Origin: an uncultured Lentimicrobiaceae bacterium
GTDB lineage: Bacteria > Bacteroidota > Bacteroidia > Bacteroidales > UBA4417
Direction: 5' to 3'
Length of the DNA stretch: 34,588 nt
NCBI GenBank assembly: GCA_964495865.1
Contig: CAZBZA010000002.1
Span: 1-34,588 of the forward strand
This document shows, piece after piece, positions 1 to 8,703 of this stretch; the stretch's first letter is position 1, and every line of letters begins with the position of its first letter. The translations under genes and the position numbers were made by a program. Below the pieces are notes generated by a model. That model did no database searches and was not told the DNA's origin. It worked only from the letters and a program-made list of their open reading frames with translations.

Positions 1-109
1 TGATAAGATCGGCTTTACTGATCTGGCCGAATTTGACAGGAGCTTTTTGTGCAGCTGCAATTCCGAAGAACCCCACGAGCAACACGAGGGAAAGGATGTA
101 ACTTTTCAT
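1..109 (-). CDS. hypothetical secreted protein, N-terminal fragment (gene runs off the window start)
   Basis: Reverse complement reads MKSYILSLVLLVGFFGIAAAQKAPVKFGQISKADLI... with the ATG at 109-107 and a signal-peptide-like hydrophobic core. It is too short in this window to appear in the ORF track. Confidence 0.45.
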   Translation of the reverse strand, partial: MKSYILSLVLLVGFFGIAAAQKAPVKFGQISKADLI

Positions 110-232
110 TGAACGACAAGGTTTTAATAATGTATAATTTAAATTGAACAATCAGGTAAAACAAATATTCGGTAATTCAATTTTACAACTGAACCTACGG
201 CAAAATTTACAGGCCATTAAAAGCGCGATACT

Positions 233-256
233 AAAAAAAGCGGATTAAAATCCGCT
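233..256 (-). terminator. rho-independent terminator of the sdh operon, overlapping the sdhB stop codon
   Basis: + strand reads aaaaaaagcggattaaaatccgct. On the minus strand this is the hairpin agcgga/tccgct followed by a T7 run. The last sdhB codons (SGF) form the 5' arm. Confidence 0.6.
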
Positions 257-1018
257 TTCCTTTACTTGTCTTTTCTGTGAACCTATTTTTGCACCCAGGA
301 ACTCACGGTTCATCCGGGCAATATTTTCAATCGAAATTTCTTTCGGGCATTCCGCTTCACAGGCTCCGGTATTGGTGCAATTACCGAAACCTAATTCATC
401 CATTTTGGCAACCATAGCTTGCACTCTCAGTGATGCTTCGGCTTTGCCCTGTGGCAGCAAGGCAAGGTGCGAAACTTTTGCGGCTACAAATAACATTGCT
501 GATGCGTTTTTGCAAGCTGCCACGCATGCACCGCAACCAATGCAAGCTGCGGCATCCATTGCCGAATCAGCATCTGCTTTGGGGATCAGTATTGCATTGG
601 CATCGGGGATTCCACCCGTATTGGCTGAAATAAAACCGCCTGCCTGAATAATTTTATCAAAAGCTTCGCGGTCAACCATCAGGTCGCGGATCACCGGGAA
701 AGCTTTCGAACGCCATGGTTCTATCACAATTGTGTCGCCATCCTTAAATTTCCGCATATGAAGCTGGCAGGTTGTAACAGCATCGTCGGGACCATGTGGG
801 CGGCCGTTGATATAAAGGCTGCAGGCACCGCAAATGCCCTCGCGGCAATCGTGGTCGAATACGACCGGATCTTCACCTTTAGTTACCTGCTGGTCATTAA
901 AAACATCAAGCATTTCGAGAAAAGAACTACTGTCGCTGATGCCGGTAACTTTATAAGTGGCAAATTTGCCTTTGGCTTTGGCATTCTTCTGACGCCATAT
1001 TTTTAGAGTGAAATCCAT
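245..1018 (-). CDS. sdhB: succinate dehydrogenase/fumarate reductase iron-sulfur subunit
   Basis: 257 aa. Cys clusters [21 protein letters not shown] and [12 protein letters not shown] are typical of the 2Fe-2S/4Fe-4S/3Fe-4S subunit. It lies downstream of the flavoprotein subunit. Confidence 0.95.
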   Translation of the reverse strand: MDFTLKIWRQKNAKAKGKFATYKVTGISDSSSFLEMLDVFNDQQVTKGEDPVVFDHDCREGICGACSLYINGRPHGPDDAVTTCQLHMRKFKDGDTIVIEPWRSKAFPVIRDLMVDREAFDKIIQAGGFISANTGGIPDANAILIPKADADSAMDAAACIGCGACVAACKNASAMLFVAAKVSHLALLPQGKAEASLRVQAMVAKMDELGFGNCTNTGACEAECPKEISIENIARMNREFLGAKIGSQKRQVKESGF

Positions 1019-1025
1019 TTTAAAA

Positions 1026-1056
1026 GGTTTTAGGGTTTAGGGGTTGGGGTTTAGGG
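1026..1056. repeat. G-rich TTAGGG-like word repeat (left arm flanking the four-helix-bundle gene)
   Basis: ggttttagggtttaggggttggggtttaggg. It is an imperfect inverted partner of 1525-1556. Confidence 0.8.
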
Positions 1057-1103
1057 TACCAGGTTACTTTGGTTATCCCTTTATCGAAACCACTATCCTT
1101 CAG

Positions 1104-1481
1104 TTATTTGTTTTTACTTTCGAGTTTTGTAATTAAGGTATTTAGCATTCTTCCTATCTCGTTTATTTGGCCTTCAATTTTATCACTATTTTCTTTGTTT
1201 ACATAATTCTGATTGTACGAAATGATAATCAATGTATTTATTTCATAAAGCGATCCACGCGCTATTTCTAAAAATTGGATGTAGTTTTTTGTGGTACCTC
1301 TTCCCCATCCTTCGGCAATATTGGACGGGACTGAAATGGCAGCTCTTCTGATTTGACTTGTTAAACAATACAACTCCTCCTTTGGAAAATGTTTGGTTAA
1401 ATTATAGATTTCATTAACAAGTTCAATTCCTTTTTGCCAAACGAATAAATCTTTAAATGACTCTACCTTTCTATTTTCCAT
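1104..1481 (-). CDS. four-helix-bundle protein (23S rRNA intervening-sequence protein / Avd-like family)
   Basis: MENRKVESFKDLFVWQKGIELVNEIYNLTKHFPKEELYCLTSQIRRAAISVPSNIAEGWGR...FLEIARGSLYEI matches the family hallmark (F.DL.VWQKA..L...IY..T..FPK.E.Y.L.SQ.RRAA.S...NIAEG). I prefer the ATG at 1481. The track ORF start at 1541 would translate the flanking repeat. Confidence 0.85.
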   Translation of the reverse strand: MENRKVESFKDLFVWQKGIELVNEIYNLTKHFPKEELYCLTSQIRRAAISVPSNIAEGWGRGTTKNYIQFLEIARGSLYEINTLIIISYNQNYVNKENSDKIEGQINEIGRMLNTLITKLESKNK

Positions 1482-1524
1482 CTGAAAAACATTAATTATG
1501 CTGCAATTTTCTGGCAAGTCCGCA

Positions 1525-1556
1525 CTAACCCCTAACCCCAAAATCCTAAACCCTTA
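1525..1556. repeat. C-rich (CCCTAA-like) word repeat (right arm flanking the four-helix-bundle gene), abutting the sdhA stop
   Basis: ctaacccctaaccccaaaatcctaaaccctta. Its reverse complement taagggtttaggattttggggttaggggttag resembles 1026-1056. Confidence 0.8.
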
Positions 1557-3494
1557 CTTATAATTCCTCTGTTTTACCTCAATAGCTTCGTATTCAAGTG
1601 GCTCTTTATTGAGTTTTGGTTCTTTGCCATCACCCTGGTATTCCCAGGCAGCTACATACATATAGTCAGCATCGTTGCGCAACGCTTCGCCTTCGGGAGT
1701 TTGATATTCCTCACGGAAATGGCCGCCGCACGATTCTTCCCTGTTCAGCGCATCCATAGCCATAAGCTCGCCAAGCTCAATGAAATCAGCAACACGTCCG
1801 GCTTTTTCGAGTTCAGGATTTACCTCGTTGTTTTCGCCTGTTATTTTTACGTCCTTCCAGAATTCAACTTTAAGTTCACGGATTAATTTTATCGCTTTTT
1901 CAAGACCTGCCTTGTTACGCGCCATTCCGACATATTCCCACATAATTTTGCCCAGCAGGCGGTGGAAATGATCAACAGGTTTTGTGCCTTTTACATCAAA
2001 AAGTTTTTGAATCTGCGATTTTACTTCTTTTTCAGCCTCAATAAACTCAGGCAGATCAGTACTGAAACGGGGTACATTAATCTGGTCGGCAAGGTAATTC
2101 TGAATGGTGTAAGGCAATACAAAATATCCATCAGCTAGTCCCTGCATAAGTGCTGAAGCACCAAGCCGGTTAGCTCCATGGTCGGAGAAATTGGCTTCGC
2201 CGGCAACATACAAACCAGGAACGGTTGACATAAGTTCGTAATCAACCCAAAGCCCGCCCATGGTGTAGTGAACGGCAGGGTATATCATCATTGGATTTTC
2301 GTAGGGGTTTTCGTCAACAATTTTCTGGTACATCTGGAAGAGGTTTCCATATCGTTCCTCAATTACATTACGACCCAGGCGTTTGATTGAATCAGCAAAA
2401 TCGAGGTACACGGCCAATCCGGTTTCACCTACTCCAAAACCGGCGTCGCAGCGTTCTTTGGCTGCCCGTGAAGCTACATCGCGCGGCACCAGGTTGCCGA
2501 ATGCAGGGTAGCGGCGTTCGAGATAATAATCGCGGTTTTCTTCGGTAATATCTTTTGGTTTGATTTTATTATGACGCAGGGCTTCAACATCTTCCTTGCG
2601 TTTCGGAACCCAGATGCGTCCGTCGTTGCGCAAGCTTTCGCTCATCAGTGTCAGCTTCGACTGGAAATCGCCGTGCACCGGAATACACGTTGGGTGTATC
2701 TGTGTAAAACATGGATTTCCAAAGAATGCACCTTTTTTATATGCTTTCCATGCTGCAGTTGCGTTGCTTCCCATGGCATTAGTCGAAAGGAAAAATACAT
2801 TTCCGTAACCACCCGTTGCAAGCACAACAGCATGAGCCGAATGTCGTTCTATTTCGCCGGTCACCAGGTTGCGGGCAATAATTCCACGCGCGCGTCCGTC
2901 AATTTTTACCACATCAAGCATTTCATGACGGGTAAACATTTCAACATTTCCTATATTGATTTGCCTGCTCATGGCGCTGTATGCACCCAGCAATAGTTGC
3001 TGTCCGGTTTGGCCGCGGGCATAAAAAGTCCGCGAAACCTGTGCTCCGCCAAACGAACGGTTATCGAGCATTCCGCCATATTCGCGGGCAAACGGAACTC
3101 CCAGCGCTACGCTTTGATCGATTATATTTCCACTCACTTCGGCAAGGCGGTAAACATTGCCTTCGCGGGCACGATAATCGCCTCCTTTTATAGTATCGTA
3201 AAATAAACGGTAAACACTGTCGCCGTCATTCTGATAGTTTTTTGATGCATTTATACCTCCCTGGGCTGCTATACTATGCGCGCGGCGGGAGCTATCCTGG
3301 TAACAGAATGCTTTAACTTTGAAACCAAGAGCACCTAACGAAGCTGCTGCTGAAGCTCCGGCAAGCCCGGTTCCGACAACTATAATATCGAGCTTCCTTT
3401 TATTTGCAGGGTTCACCAGGGCAATATGATCTTTATAATTGCTCCATTTGGTAGCAACCGGTCCCTGTGGTATTTTTGAATTGAGATTTGTCAT
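1554..3494 (-). CDS. sdhA: succinate dehydrogenase/fumarate reductase flavoprotein subunit
   Basis: FAD-binding [15 protein letters not shown], the [11 protein letters not shown] covalent-FAD His motif, and HYTMGG. The start at 3494 ([12 protein letters not shown]...) is preferred over the upstream ATG at 3521. Confidence 0.95.
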   Translation of the reverse strand: MTNLNSKIPQGPVATKWSNYKDHIALVNPANKRKLDIIVVGTGLAGASAAASLGALGFKVKAFCYQDSSRRAHSIAAQGGINASKNYQNDGDSVYRLFYDTIKGGDYRAREGNVYRLAEVSGNIIDQSVALGVPFAREYGGMLDNRSFGGAQVSRTFYARGQTGQQLLLGAYSAMSRQINIGNVEMFTRHEMLDVVKIDGRARGIIARNLVTGEIERHSAHAVVLATGGYGNVFFLSTNAMGSNATAAWKAYKKGAFFGNPCFTQIHPTCIPVHGDFQSKLTLMSESLRNDGRIWVPKRKEDVEALRHNKIKPKDITEENRDYYLERRYPAFGNLVPRDVASRAAKERCDAGFGVGETGLAVYLDFADSIKRLGRNVIEERYGNLFQMYQKIVDENPYENPMMIYPAVHYTMGGLWVDYELMSTVPGLYVAGEANFSDHGANRLGASALMQGLADGYFVLPYTIQNYLADQINVPRFSTDLPEFIEAEKEVKSQIQKLFDVKGTKPVDHFHRLLGKIMWEYVGMARNKAGLEKAIKLIRELKVEFWKDVKITGENNEVNPELEKAGRVADFIELGELMAMDALNREESCGGHFREEYQTPEGEALRNDADYMYVAAWEYQGDGKEPKLNKEPLEYEAIEVKQRNYK

Positions 3495-3541
3495 ACAAAT
3501 TATGCTTTTAAAAGCTGACAATCAGCCATTTTAAGTGCCTG

Positions 3542-4207
3542 TTACTTAATAAACATGAAGAACAAGGGGATACTCGCGAAACCAAGCGGAACAACTATGG
3601 CGTAAATAGTACCTAAAGTTTTTATTACCGGGGTATATTTGGTGTGATTGAGGCCCATTGTTTGAAATGCCGACTGAAACGCGTGGTGCAGGTGAAAACC
3701 CAGGAATACCATAAGTATAACATACAAAATAGCATAAAACTTATCAGCGAAAAGTAAGGTTGCCATCTGGTAAAAATCGTGCTGGTCAACTCCTGCAGGC
3801 GGATTCACCAAACCCAGTTTTACAAAGTAAAAATTAAAAAAATGAATACACAGGAAAACGAAAATGATCGCTCCTGTATGAATCATATATTTCGAGAAAA
3901 ATGAAAGATGCGAATATCCTTCTACTTTATAGCGGACAGGCCGGGCCATCCAGTTCTGTATCTGAATGATAACTCCCAGGATGATATGCAGCGCGAAACC
4001 ACCCATCAGGAATATCTCCATAACTTTAATTAACGGGTTTGTTCCCATAAATTCAACCGCTACCATAAAAGCAGCTCCATCGTCGTTGCACATTAAAAGG
4101 AGATTGATGCCCAGGTGGACCAACAGAAAAGTGATTAAAAAAAGGCCTGCAAGAGCCATCACAACTTTTTTGGTGATCGAGGAGTAAACTAATAATTTAT
4201 TGCCCAT
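3542..4207 (-). CDS. sdhC: succinate dehydrogenase/fumarate reductase cytochrome b subunit
   Basis: 221 aa, about 5 hydrophobic helices with conserved His residues. It is the first gene of the sdhC-A-B order typical of Bacteroidota. Confidence 0.85.
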   Translation of the reverse strand: MGNKLLVYSSITKKVVMALAGLFLITFLLVHLGINLLLMCNDDGAAFMVAVEFMGTNPLIKVMEIFLMGGFALHIILGVIIQIQNWMARPVRYKVEGYSHLSFFSKYMIHTGAIIFVFLCIHFFNFYFVKLGLVNPPAGVDQHDFYQMATLLFADKFYAILYVILMVFLGFHLHHAFQSAFQTMGLNHTKYTPVIKTLGTIYAIVVPLGFASIPLFFMFIK

Positions 4208-4266
4208 ACGATTTATGATTTGATATATTTACAGGCAGCACTTGAACTGGCATAAAAAATAATTCA

Positions 4267-4274
4267 TACTTTTG
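4267..4274 (+). promoter_or_regulatory. candidate -7 box (TAnnTTTG) for pepP
   Basis: tacttttg matches the Bacteroidota sigma-A -7 consensus. It lies 123 nt upstream of the preferred ATG at 4397. Confidence 0.3.
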
Positions 4275-4291
4275 GTTGCCTGCGTGAGGAA

Positions 4292-4299
4292 CAAATATA
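4292..4299 (-). promoter_or_regulatory. candidate -7 box (TAnnTTTG) for the sdhCAB operon
   Basis: The minus strand reads tatatttg, 85 nt upstream of the sdhC ATG. Confidence 0.35.
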
Positions 4300-4396
4300 G
4301 AAACAATAGTATTTGTTTTCGATTCGCAGGACAGAAAATTTATCTTTTTTTTGGAGAATGCATCTGGATTCTTCTAACTCATTAAAATACAGTATT

Positions 4397-5683
4397 ATGC
4401 GCTATCGGCCAATAAACAGGGGAATGTACATTCGCAACAGGGAGAAACTTATTTCAAAGTTGAAACCCGGTTCGCTCGCAATAGTAAATTCAAATGATGA
4501 AATGCCGCGCTCGGGCGATCAGACTTTTGTATTCCGGCAAAATTCGGATATGTTTTACCTCACAGGTCTTGATCAGGAGAAATGCATTCTAACTTTATGT
4601 CCCGGTCATCCGGTCGAAAGTATGCGCGAAATGCTCTTTACGGTTAAAACAAATGATCTGATGGTGATATGGAATGGTCACAAATATACATTGGAAGAAG
4701 TTAGTGAAGTTTCAGGAATCCGGAATGTAAAATGGCTCGACGATTTCGAAATTACACTCCGTGATCTTATGTCGAGGGTGCAGTTTGTTTATCTGAATCA
4801 GAACGAATATCCAAAGTTTTTGACCGATGTCCCGGTTATCGATCAGCGATTTGCAGCTAAGATGAGGGCCGACTTCCCCTTGCATACCTACGAACGACTT
4901 GCTCCACTTGTTACTGAAATGCGAATGCTTAAAGAACCTGAAGAACTGGTTCAGATTCAGAATGCCTGCGATATTACCAACGATGGTTTCAGGCGTGTAC
5001 TCAAATTTGTAAAACCAGGATTGAAAGAATATGAAGTTGAAGCCGAATATACCCACGAGTTTATCCGCAAAGGCAGCAACGGCCACGCGTATCCGCCTAT
5101 TATTGCATCAGGGGCAAATGCGTGTATCCTGCATTACAATACAAATTATAATACTTGTAATGACGGCGATCTCTTGCTTATGGATGTTGGCGCCGAATAT
5201 GGCAATTATGCAGCAGATATGACGAGGACAATTCCTGTTAACGGCAAATTTAGCCCACGGCAAAGGCAGGTTTATGAGGCTGTATTAAGAGTGCTAAAAG
5301 CCGCGACCACCATGTTAAAACCAGGAACTACAAACGAAAAGTGGCATGGAGAAGTATGCAAAATAATGGAAAAAGAACTCCTTGGACTTGGTTTGATAAC
5401 TGAAAAAGAAATAAGGGAGCATGAGACGGGTTCACCGGCATTCTTTAAATATTATATGCACGGAACAGGCCATTTCCTGGGTCTGGATGTTCATGATGTG
5501 GGATCGCGGCAAGTTGTTTTCGAAACAGGTATGGTAATGACTTGCGAACCTGCTATTTATATTCCTGAAGAAGGAATAGGAATTCGCCTGGAAAATGATA
5601 TCCTGGTTGCTGAAGAGCCGGTAAACCTGATGGCTCATATTCCTATTGAGCCTGACGAGATTGAATTGTTAATGGGGAGTTAG
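4397..5683 (+). CDS. pepP: Xaa-Pro aminopeptidase (M24B with AMP_N-type N-terminal domain)
   Basis: Metal-ligand blocks LLLMDVGAEYGNYAADMTRT, HGTGHFLGLDVHD, TCEPAIY and IRLENDILV. The N-terminal block SGDQTFVFRQNSDMFYLTG is also present. The start at 4397 (MRYRPINRGMYIRNREKL) is preferred over 4313. Confidence 0.9.
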   Translation: MRYRPINRGMYIRNREKLISKLKPGSLAIVNSNDEMPRSGDQTFVFRQNSDMFYLTGLDQEKCILTLCPGHPVESMREMLFTVKTNDLMVIWNGHKYTLEEVSEVSGIRNVKWLDDFEITLRDLMSRVQFVYLNQNEYPKFLTDVPVIDQRFAAKMRADFPLHTYERLAPLVTEMRMLKEPEELVQIQNACDITNDGFRRVLKFVKPGLKEYEVEAEYTHEFIRKGSNGHAYPPIIASGANACILHYNTNYNTCNDGDLLLMDVGAEYGNYAADMTRTIPVNGKFSPRQRQVYEAVLRVLKAATTMLKPGTTNEKWHGEVCKIMEKELLGLGLITEKEIREHETGSPAFFKYYMHGTGHFLGLDVHDVGSRQVVFETGMVMTCEPAIYIPEEGIGIRLENDILVAEEPVNLMAHIPIEPDEIELLMGS

Positions 5684-5711
5684 GATTTGGGATTTAGGGG
5701 TTAGGGTTGAG
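5681..5711. repeat. solo G-rich TTAGGG-like word repeat abutting the pepP stop codon
   Basis: taggatttgggatttaggggttagggttgag. It uses the same word family as 1026-1056 and 1525-1556. Confidence 0.75.
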
Positions 5712-5800
5712 CTTTAATGAATATTGATTTCGTGAAAATCAGTTTTGGGAAACCTCAAAAAAGTATAATTATTTCACGTCCTCGCAAATCATAGGATGGT

Positions 5801-5829
5801 TGAAACCTGAAACAAGAAACCTGAAACCC
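5801..5829. repeat. GAAAC-word repeat
   Basis: tgaaacctgaaacaagaaacctgaaaccc, 10 nt from the stop codon of the minus-strand TPR gene. It shares gaaacaagaaac with 14016-14042. Confidence 0.75.
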
Positions 5830-5838
5830 TTTAACTCT

Positions 5839-6156
5839 TTAAATACAACCAAACTTTTTCATTACGTCATCCTTCACCTTAAACCCCAGGGTTTTGGCTT
5901 TTTTCAGGTCGTTGCACCCATCGGTATCCGGAAATGCAGTTGAAGGCAGTTCAAACCATACTGTTGCCCGGTTATAAAATGCTTCAGCAAAATCAGCTTT
6001 CAGTTCAATGGCTTTTGTAAAACATTCGTATGCTTTCGAATATTCGAATTTTTTAGCATGGTCAACGCCTTTTTTGTTCCATTCTTCAGCCGATTGGGCT
6101 ACTACAACCACTGACAAAGCGAAGAATATTCCGAGAAGTAAAAAAATCTTTTTCAT
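5839..6156 (-). CDS. small secreted TPR-like protein
   Basis: 105 aa with signal peptide MKKIFLLLGIFFALSVVVVAQS. It contains the TPR-like segment AYECFTKAIELKADFAEAFYNRA. Confidence 0.6.
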   Translation of the reverse strand: MKKIFLLLGIFFALSVVVVAQSAEEWNKKGVDHAKKFEYSKAYECFTKAIELKADFAEAFYNRATVWFELPSTAFPDTDGCNDLKKAKTLGFKVKDDVMKKFGCI

Positions 6157-6241
6157 TTCAGGTAGATTTTGGATTCACAAATTTAGTCAATATTTTCACA
6201 TTCGCGATAAGGATTGATGTATAACCGATAAGCCAAAACCA

Positions 6242-6249
6242 TATATTTG
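6242..6249 (+). promoter_or_regulatory. candidate -7 box (TAnnTTTG)
   Basis: tatatttg, 45 nt upstream of the ATG at 6294. Confidence 0.35.
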
Positions 6250-6293
6250 CACTCAGATAAACCATCATTCTAATTTTCAATCCTTATTCAGCC

Positions 6294-7691
6294 ATGTTCA
6301 ATCCTGAAATTTATACCGAAAGACGTAACGCTTTACGCCAACTTATACCATCAGGAATTATTTTGTTCCCAGGTAATTCCGAAGCTGCCTATAATTATGT
6401 TGCGAATACATATTCATTCAGGCAGGACAGTAATTTCTCTTATTTCTTCGGTCTCGAAAATCCTGATTTTGCAGGGATAATTGATATAGATAACGATATT
6501 GATTATATTTTCGGTAACGACTTCGAAATCGATGATATCATTTGGATGGGTCCCCAGCCTAAGGTTGTTGATCTCGCTCTAAAAGCCGGTGTGAAAAACA
6601 CGGCTCCCCTCAGCGATCTTGCTGATTTTATAAATAATGCTATTCGGAAAAGGCGCCCGGTTCATTTTGCTCCTACATACCGTGCCGAAACTACCATGCA
6701 GATTAGTGGTTTGCTTGGCCTCAATCCTTTACGTATCAGTGATTATGTTTCACTACCGCTTATCCAGGGCATTGTAAAACTCCGTTCAATAAAATCAGAT
6801 CTCGAAATTACTGAAATCGAAAAAGCCGTTGGCATAGCATGGAATATGTTCACAACCGGAATGCGGATGGCATACCCCGGACGTAAAGAGCAGGAAATTG
6901 TTGGTGCAATGGAAGGGATTTCAATCGCACAGGGCAGGCCGGTTTCGTTCCCGATAATTTTAAGTGTAAACGGACAGATTCTGCATAATCACCACCACGA
7001 AAATATACTCAGCGAAGGACGCATGCTTGTAATGGATGCCGGTGCCGAAACCAGCCTCAATTACGCCAGCGATATTACGCGTACTGTGCCTGTTGGAGGC
7101 AAATTCAACCAGAAACAAAGGGAAATTTACGAAATTGTCCTCAACGCTAACCTCAATTCGATAGCTGCTACCAATCCCGGCGTTTTATACCGCGATTGCC
7201 ATATGGTTGCTGCCGAAACCATAGCTTCAGGACTAAAAGATTTAGGGCTGATGAAAGGTGATGTTAAAGAAGCTGTTGCTGCCGGGGCTCATGCTCTGTT
7301 TTTCCCGCACGGGCTTGGCCATATGCTCGGCATGGATGTGCATGATATGGAAGGCCTTGGACAAATCCATGTGGGTTATGATAATGAAATTCAGCCCAGC
7401 AAACAGTTCGGAACGGCTTACCTACGTTTGGGACGTCGCCTGCAGCCAGGTTTTGTACTCACCAACGAACCGGGTATTTATTTCATTCCCGAACTGATCG
7501 ATATGTGGAAAGCCGAAAAGAAATACCAGGAATTCCTTAATTATGATAAAATTGAAGAATACCGCGCTTTTGGTGGTATCAGGATTGAGGATGATATTCT
7601 GGTAACTAACGACGGTCATCGCGTATTAGGCAAACCAATTCCTAAAACAGTAGCCGAAGTTGAAGCCACTATGGCGGACAGGATTTCATAA
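6294..7691 (+). CDS. aminopeptidase P family protein (M24B), paralog of 4397-5683
   Basis: MLVMDAGAETSLNYASDITRT, HGLGHMLGMDVHD, TNEPGIYF and IRIEDDILV. The AMP_N-like block YSFRQDSNFSYFFG is also present. Confidence 0.9.
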   Translation: MFNPEIYTERRNALRQLIPSGIILFPGNSEAAYNYVANTYSFRQDSNFSYFFGLENPDFAGIIDIDNDIDYIFGNDFEIDDIIWMGPQPKVVDLALKAGVKNTAPLSDLADFINNAIRKRRPVHFAPTYRAETTMQISGLLGLNPLRISDYVSLPLIQGIVKLRSIKSDLEITEIEKAVGIAWNMFTTGMRMAYPGRKEQEIVGAMEGISIAQGRPVSFPIILSVNGQILHNHHHENILSEGRMLVMDAGAETSLNYASDITRTVPVGGKFNQKQREIYEIVLNANLNSIAATNPGVLYRDCHMVAAETIASGLKDLGLMKGDVKEAVAAGAHALFFPHGLGHMLGMDVHDMEGLGQIHVGYDNEIQPSKQFGTAYLRLGRRLQPGFVLTNEPGIYFIPELIDMWKAEKKYQEFLNYDKIEEYRAFGGIRIEDDILVTNDGHRVLGKPIPKTVAEVEATMADRIS

Positions 7692-7715
7692 AACACTAAA
7701 TTTTCAACAATAAAA

Positions 7716-7750
7716 GGGAGAGGTTGTATCTTTGCAATCTCTCCTTTTTT
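7716..7750 (+). terminator. rho-independent terminator
   Basis: Hairpin gggagag...ctctcct followed by tttttt, 25 nt after the stop at 7691. Confidence 0.55.
7727..7734 (+). promoter_or_regulatory. candidate -7 box (TAnnTTTG) inside the terminator loop
   Basis: tatctttg, 35 nt upstream of the ATG at 7769. Confidence 0.3.
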
Positions 7751-7768
7751 AATTAAAAAATAGATACA

Positions 7769-8569
7769 ATGAAAAAGACACTCCAGTTTGAGGATCAAAA
7801 TATAGTTTATCAGGTAACCGGAAACGGTCCGGCAGTGATTCTACTTCATGGTTTCCTCGAATCGAGGATGATATGGAATAATATATTGCAAATGCTTCAG
7901 AAAGAATTTACGGTAGTTGCAATAGATTTACCCGGACATGGTGAAAGCGGTTCAATTGCCGAAAACCATACTATGCAACTGATGGCCGATGTTGTAAAGG
8001 AAGTGCTGAATGCTGAAAATATCAGACACGCTGTTATTGCCGGACATTCCATGGGTGGATATGTGGCGTTGCAATTTGCTGCCGATCACGAGAATCTGTT
8101 AAAAGGCCTGGTCCTTTTTCATTCACATGCCAATGCCGATACGGATGAAGCCAAAGAAAACCGCCGCCGCACCATAAATATCGTAAAACAAAACAAGGGC
8201 GGATTTATCCGTCAGTTTATCCCTGATTTGTTTGATCAGAGGCATGTGGCAGAGTATGCAGCCGATATTGAAAAACTTCAGGAACAGGCTGCTTTAATGA
8301 CACCCGAAGCAATTATTGCTGCCCTCGCAGGTATGCGCGATCGCGAAAGCCAGTTGCAATATCTCTTGTTATCGGAAATCCCGGTTCTGTTTATCATCGG
8401 GAAACAGGACAGCCGAATGCCATATAACCAATTGATGGCCCAGGCTGTAATACCATCGCACAGCGAAGTGTTGCTGCTCGAAGATGTCGGGCACATGGGA
8501 TATATCGAAGCGCCGCGAAAAACGCTGCAGGCATTAAGGCATTTTGCATTAAAATGTTACGAAGTGTAA
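7769..8569 (+). CDS. alpha/beta hydrolase
   Basis: 266 aa with HGFLES, the nucleophile elbow GHSMGG, and a C-terminal GHMGYIE His. Confidence 0.85.
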   Translation: MKKTLQFEDQNIVYQVTGNGPAVILLHGFLESRMIWNNILQMLQKEFTVVAIDLPGHGESGSIAENHTMQLMADVVKEVLNAENIRHAVIAGHSMGGYVALQFAADHENLLKGLVLFHSHANADTDEAKENRRRTINIVKQNKGGFIRQFIPDLFDQRHVAEYAADIEKLQEQAALMTPEAIIAALAGMRDRESQLQYLLLSEIPVLFIIGKQDSRMPYNQLMAQAVIPSHSEVLLLEDVGHMGYIEAPRKTLQALRHFALKCYEV

Positions 8570-8630
8570 GTTCTGGACATTGCTATGTTAACACTAAAAA
8601 GCCGAATGAAATAAAATATCAACATTATAA

Positions 8631-8692
8631 AATTAAAAGGATCAGATCAATTCCACACTTAACCGTGGTTTTGATCTGATCCTTCTCTTTTT
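8631..8692. terminator. bidirectional terminator between convergent genes
   Basis: 13-bp stem aggatcagatcaa / ttgatctgatcct (8638-8650 and 8671-8683). It is flanked by A-rich sequence upstream and T-rich sequence downstream. Confidence 0.65.
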
Positions 8693-8703
8693 AAAATATA
8701 AAT

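Noticed and set aside
372-1006. Plus-strand ORFs (372-647, 430-633, 758-1006) opposite sdhB. Similar antisense or shadow ORFs lie inside other genes, for example 2571-2996, 9005-9343, 16689-17078, 19764-20198, 24228-24668 and 29920-30270.
   Set aside because: All lie entirely within strongly supported genes on the other strand. Their translations are low-complexity or Cys/Arg/Leu-rich nonsense with no motifs. They are typical shadow ORFs.
1104-1541. The four-helix-bundle protein as the Avd accessory protein of a diversity-generating retroelement.
   Set aside because: Avd belongs to the same fold family, but the window has no reverse transcriptase gene, no template/variable repeat pair and no target gene nearby. 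The neighbours are sdhA and sdhB.
1026-1556. TTAGGG/CCCTAA repeats as genuine telomeric or eukaryotic-contaminant sequence.
   Set aside because: The blocks are only about 30 bp, degenerate, and embedded in an intact bacterial operon with bacterial genes on both sides. They are better explained as the local word-repeat family.
3495-3521. Longer N-terminal extensions suggested by the ORF track: sdhA from 3521, pepP from 4313, yicC-like from 14981, DUF2807-like from 24207, four-helix-bundle from 1541.
   Set aside because: The extensions lack conservation-like features. The internal ATGs give N-termini that match the typical family starts (MTNLNSKIP..., MRYRPI..., MIRSMTGFG..., a signal peptide, MENRK...).
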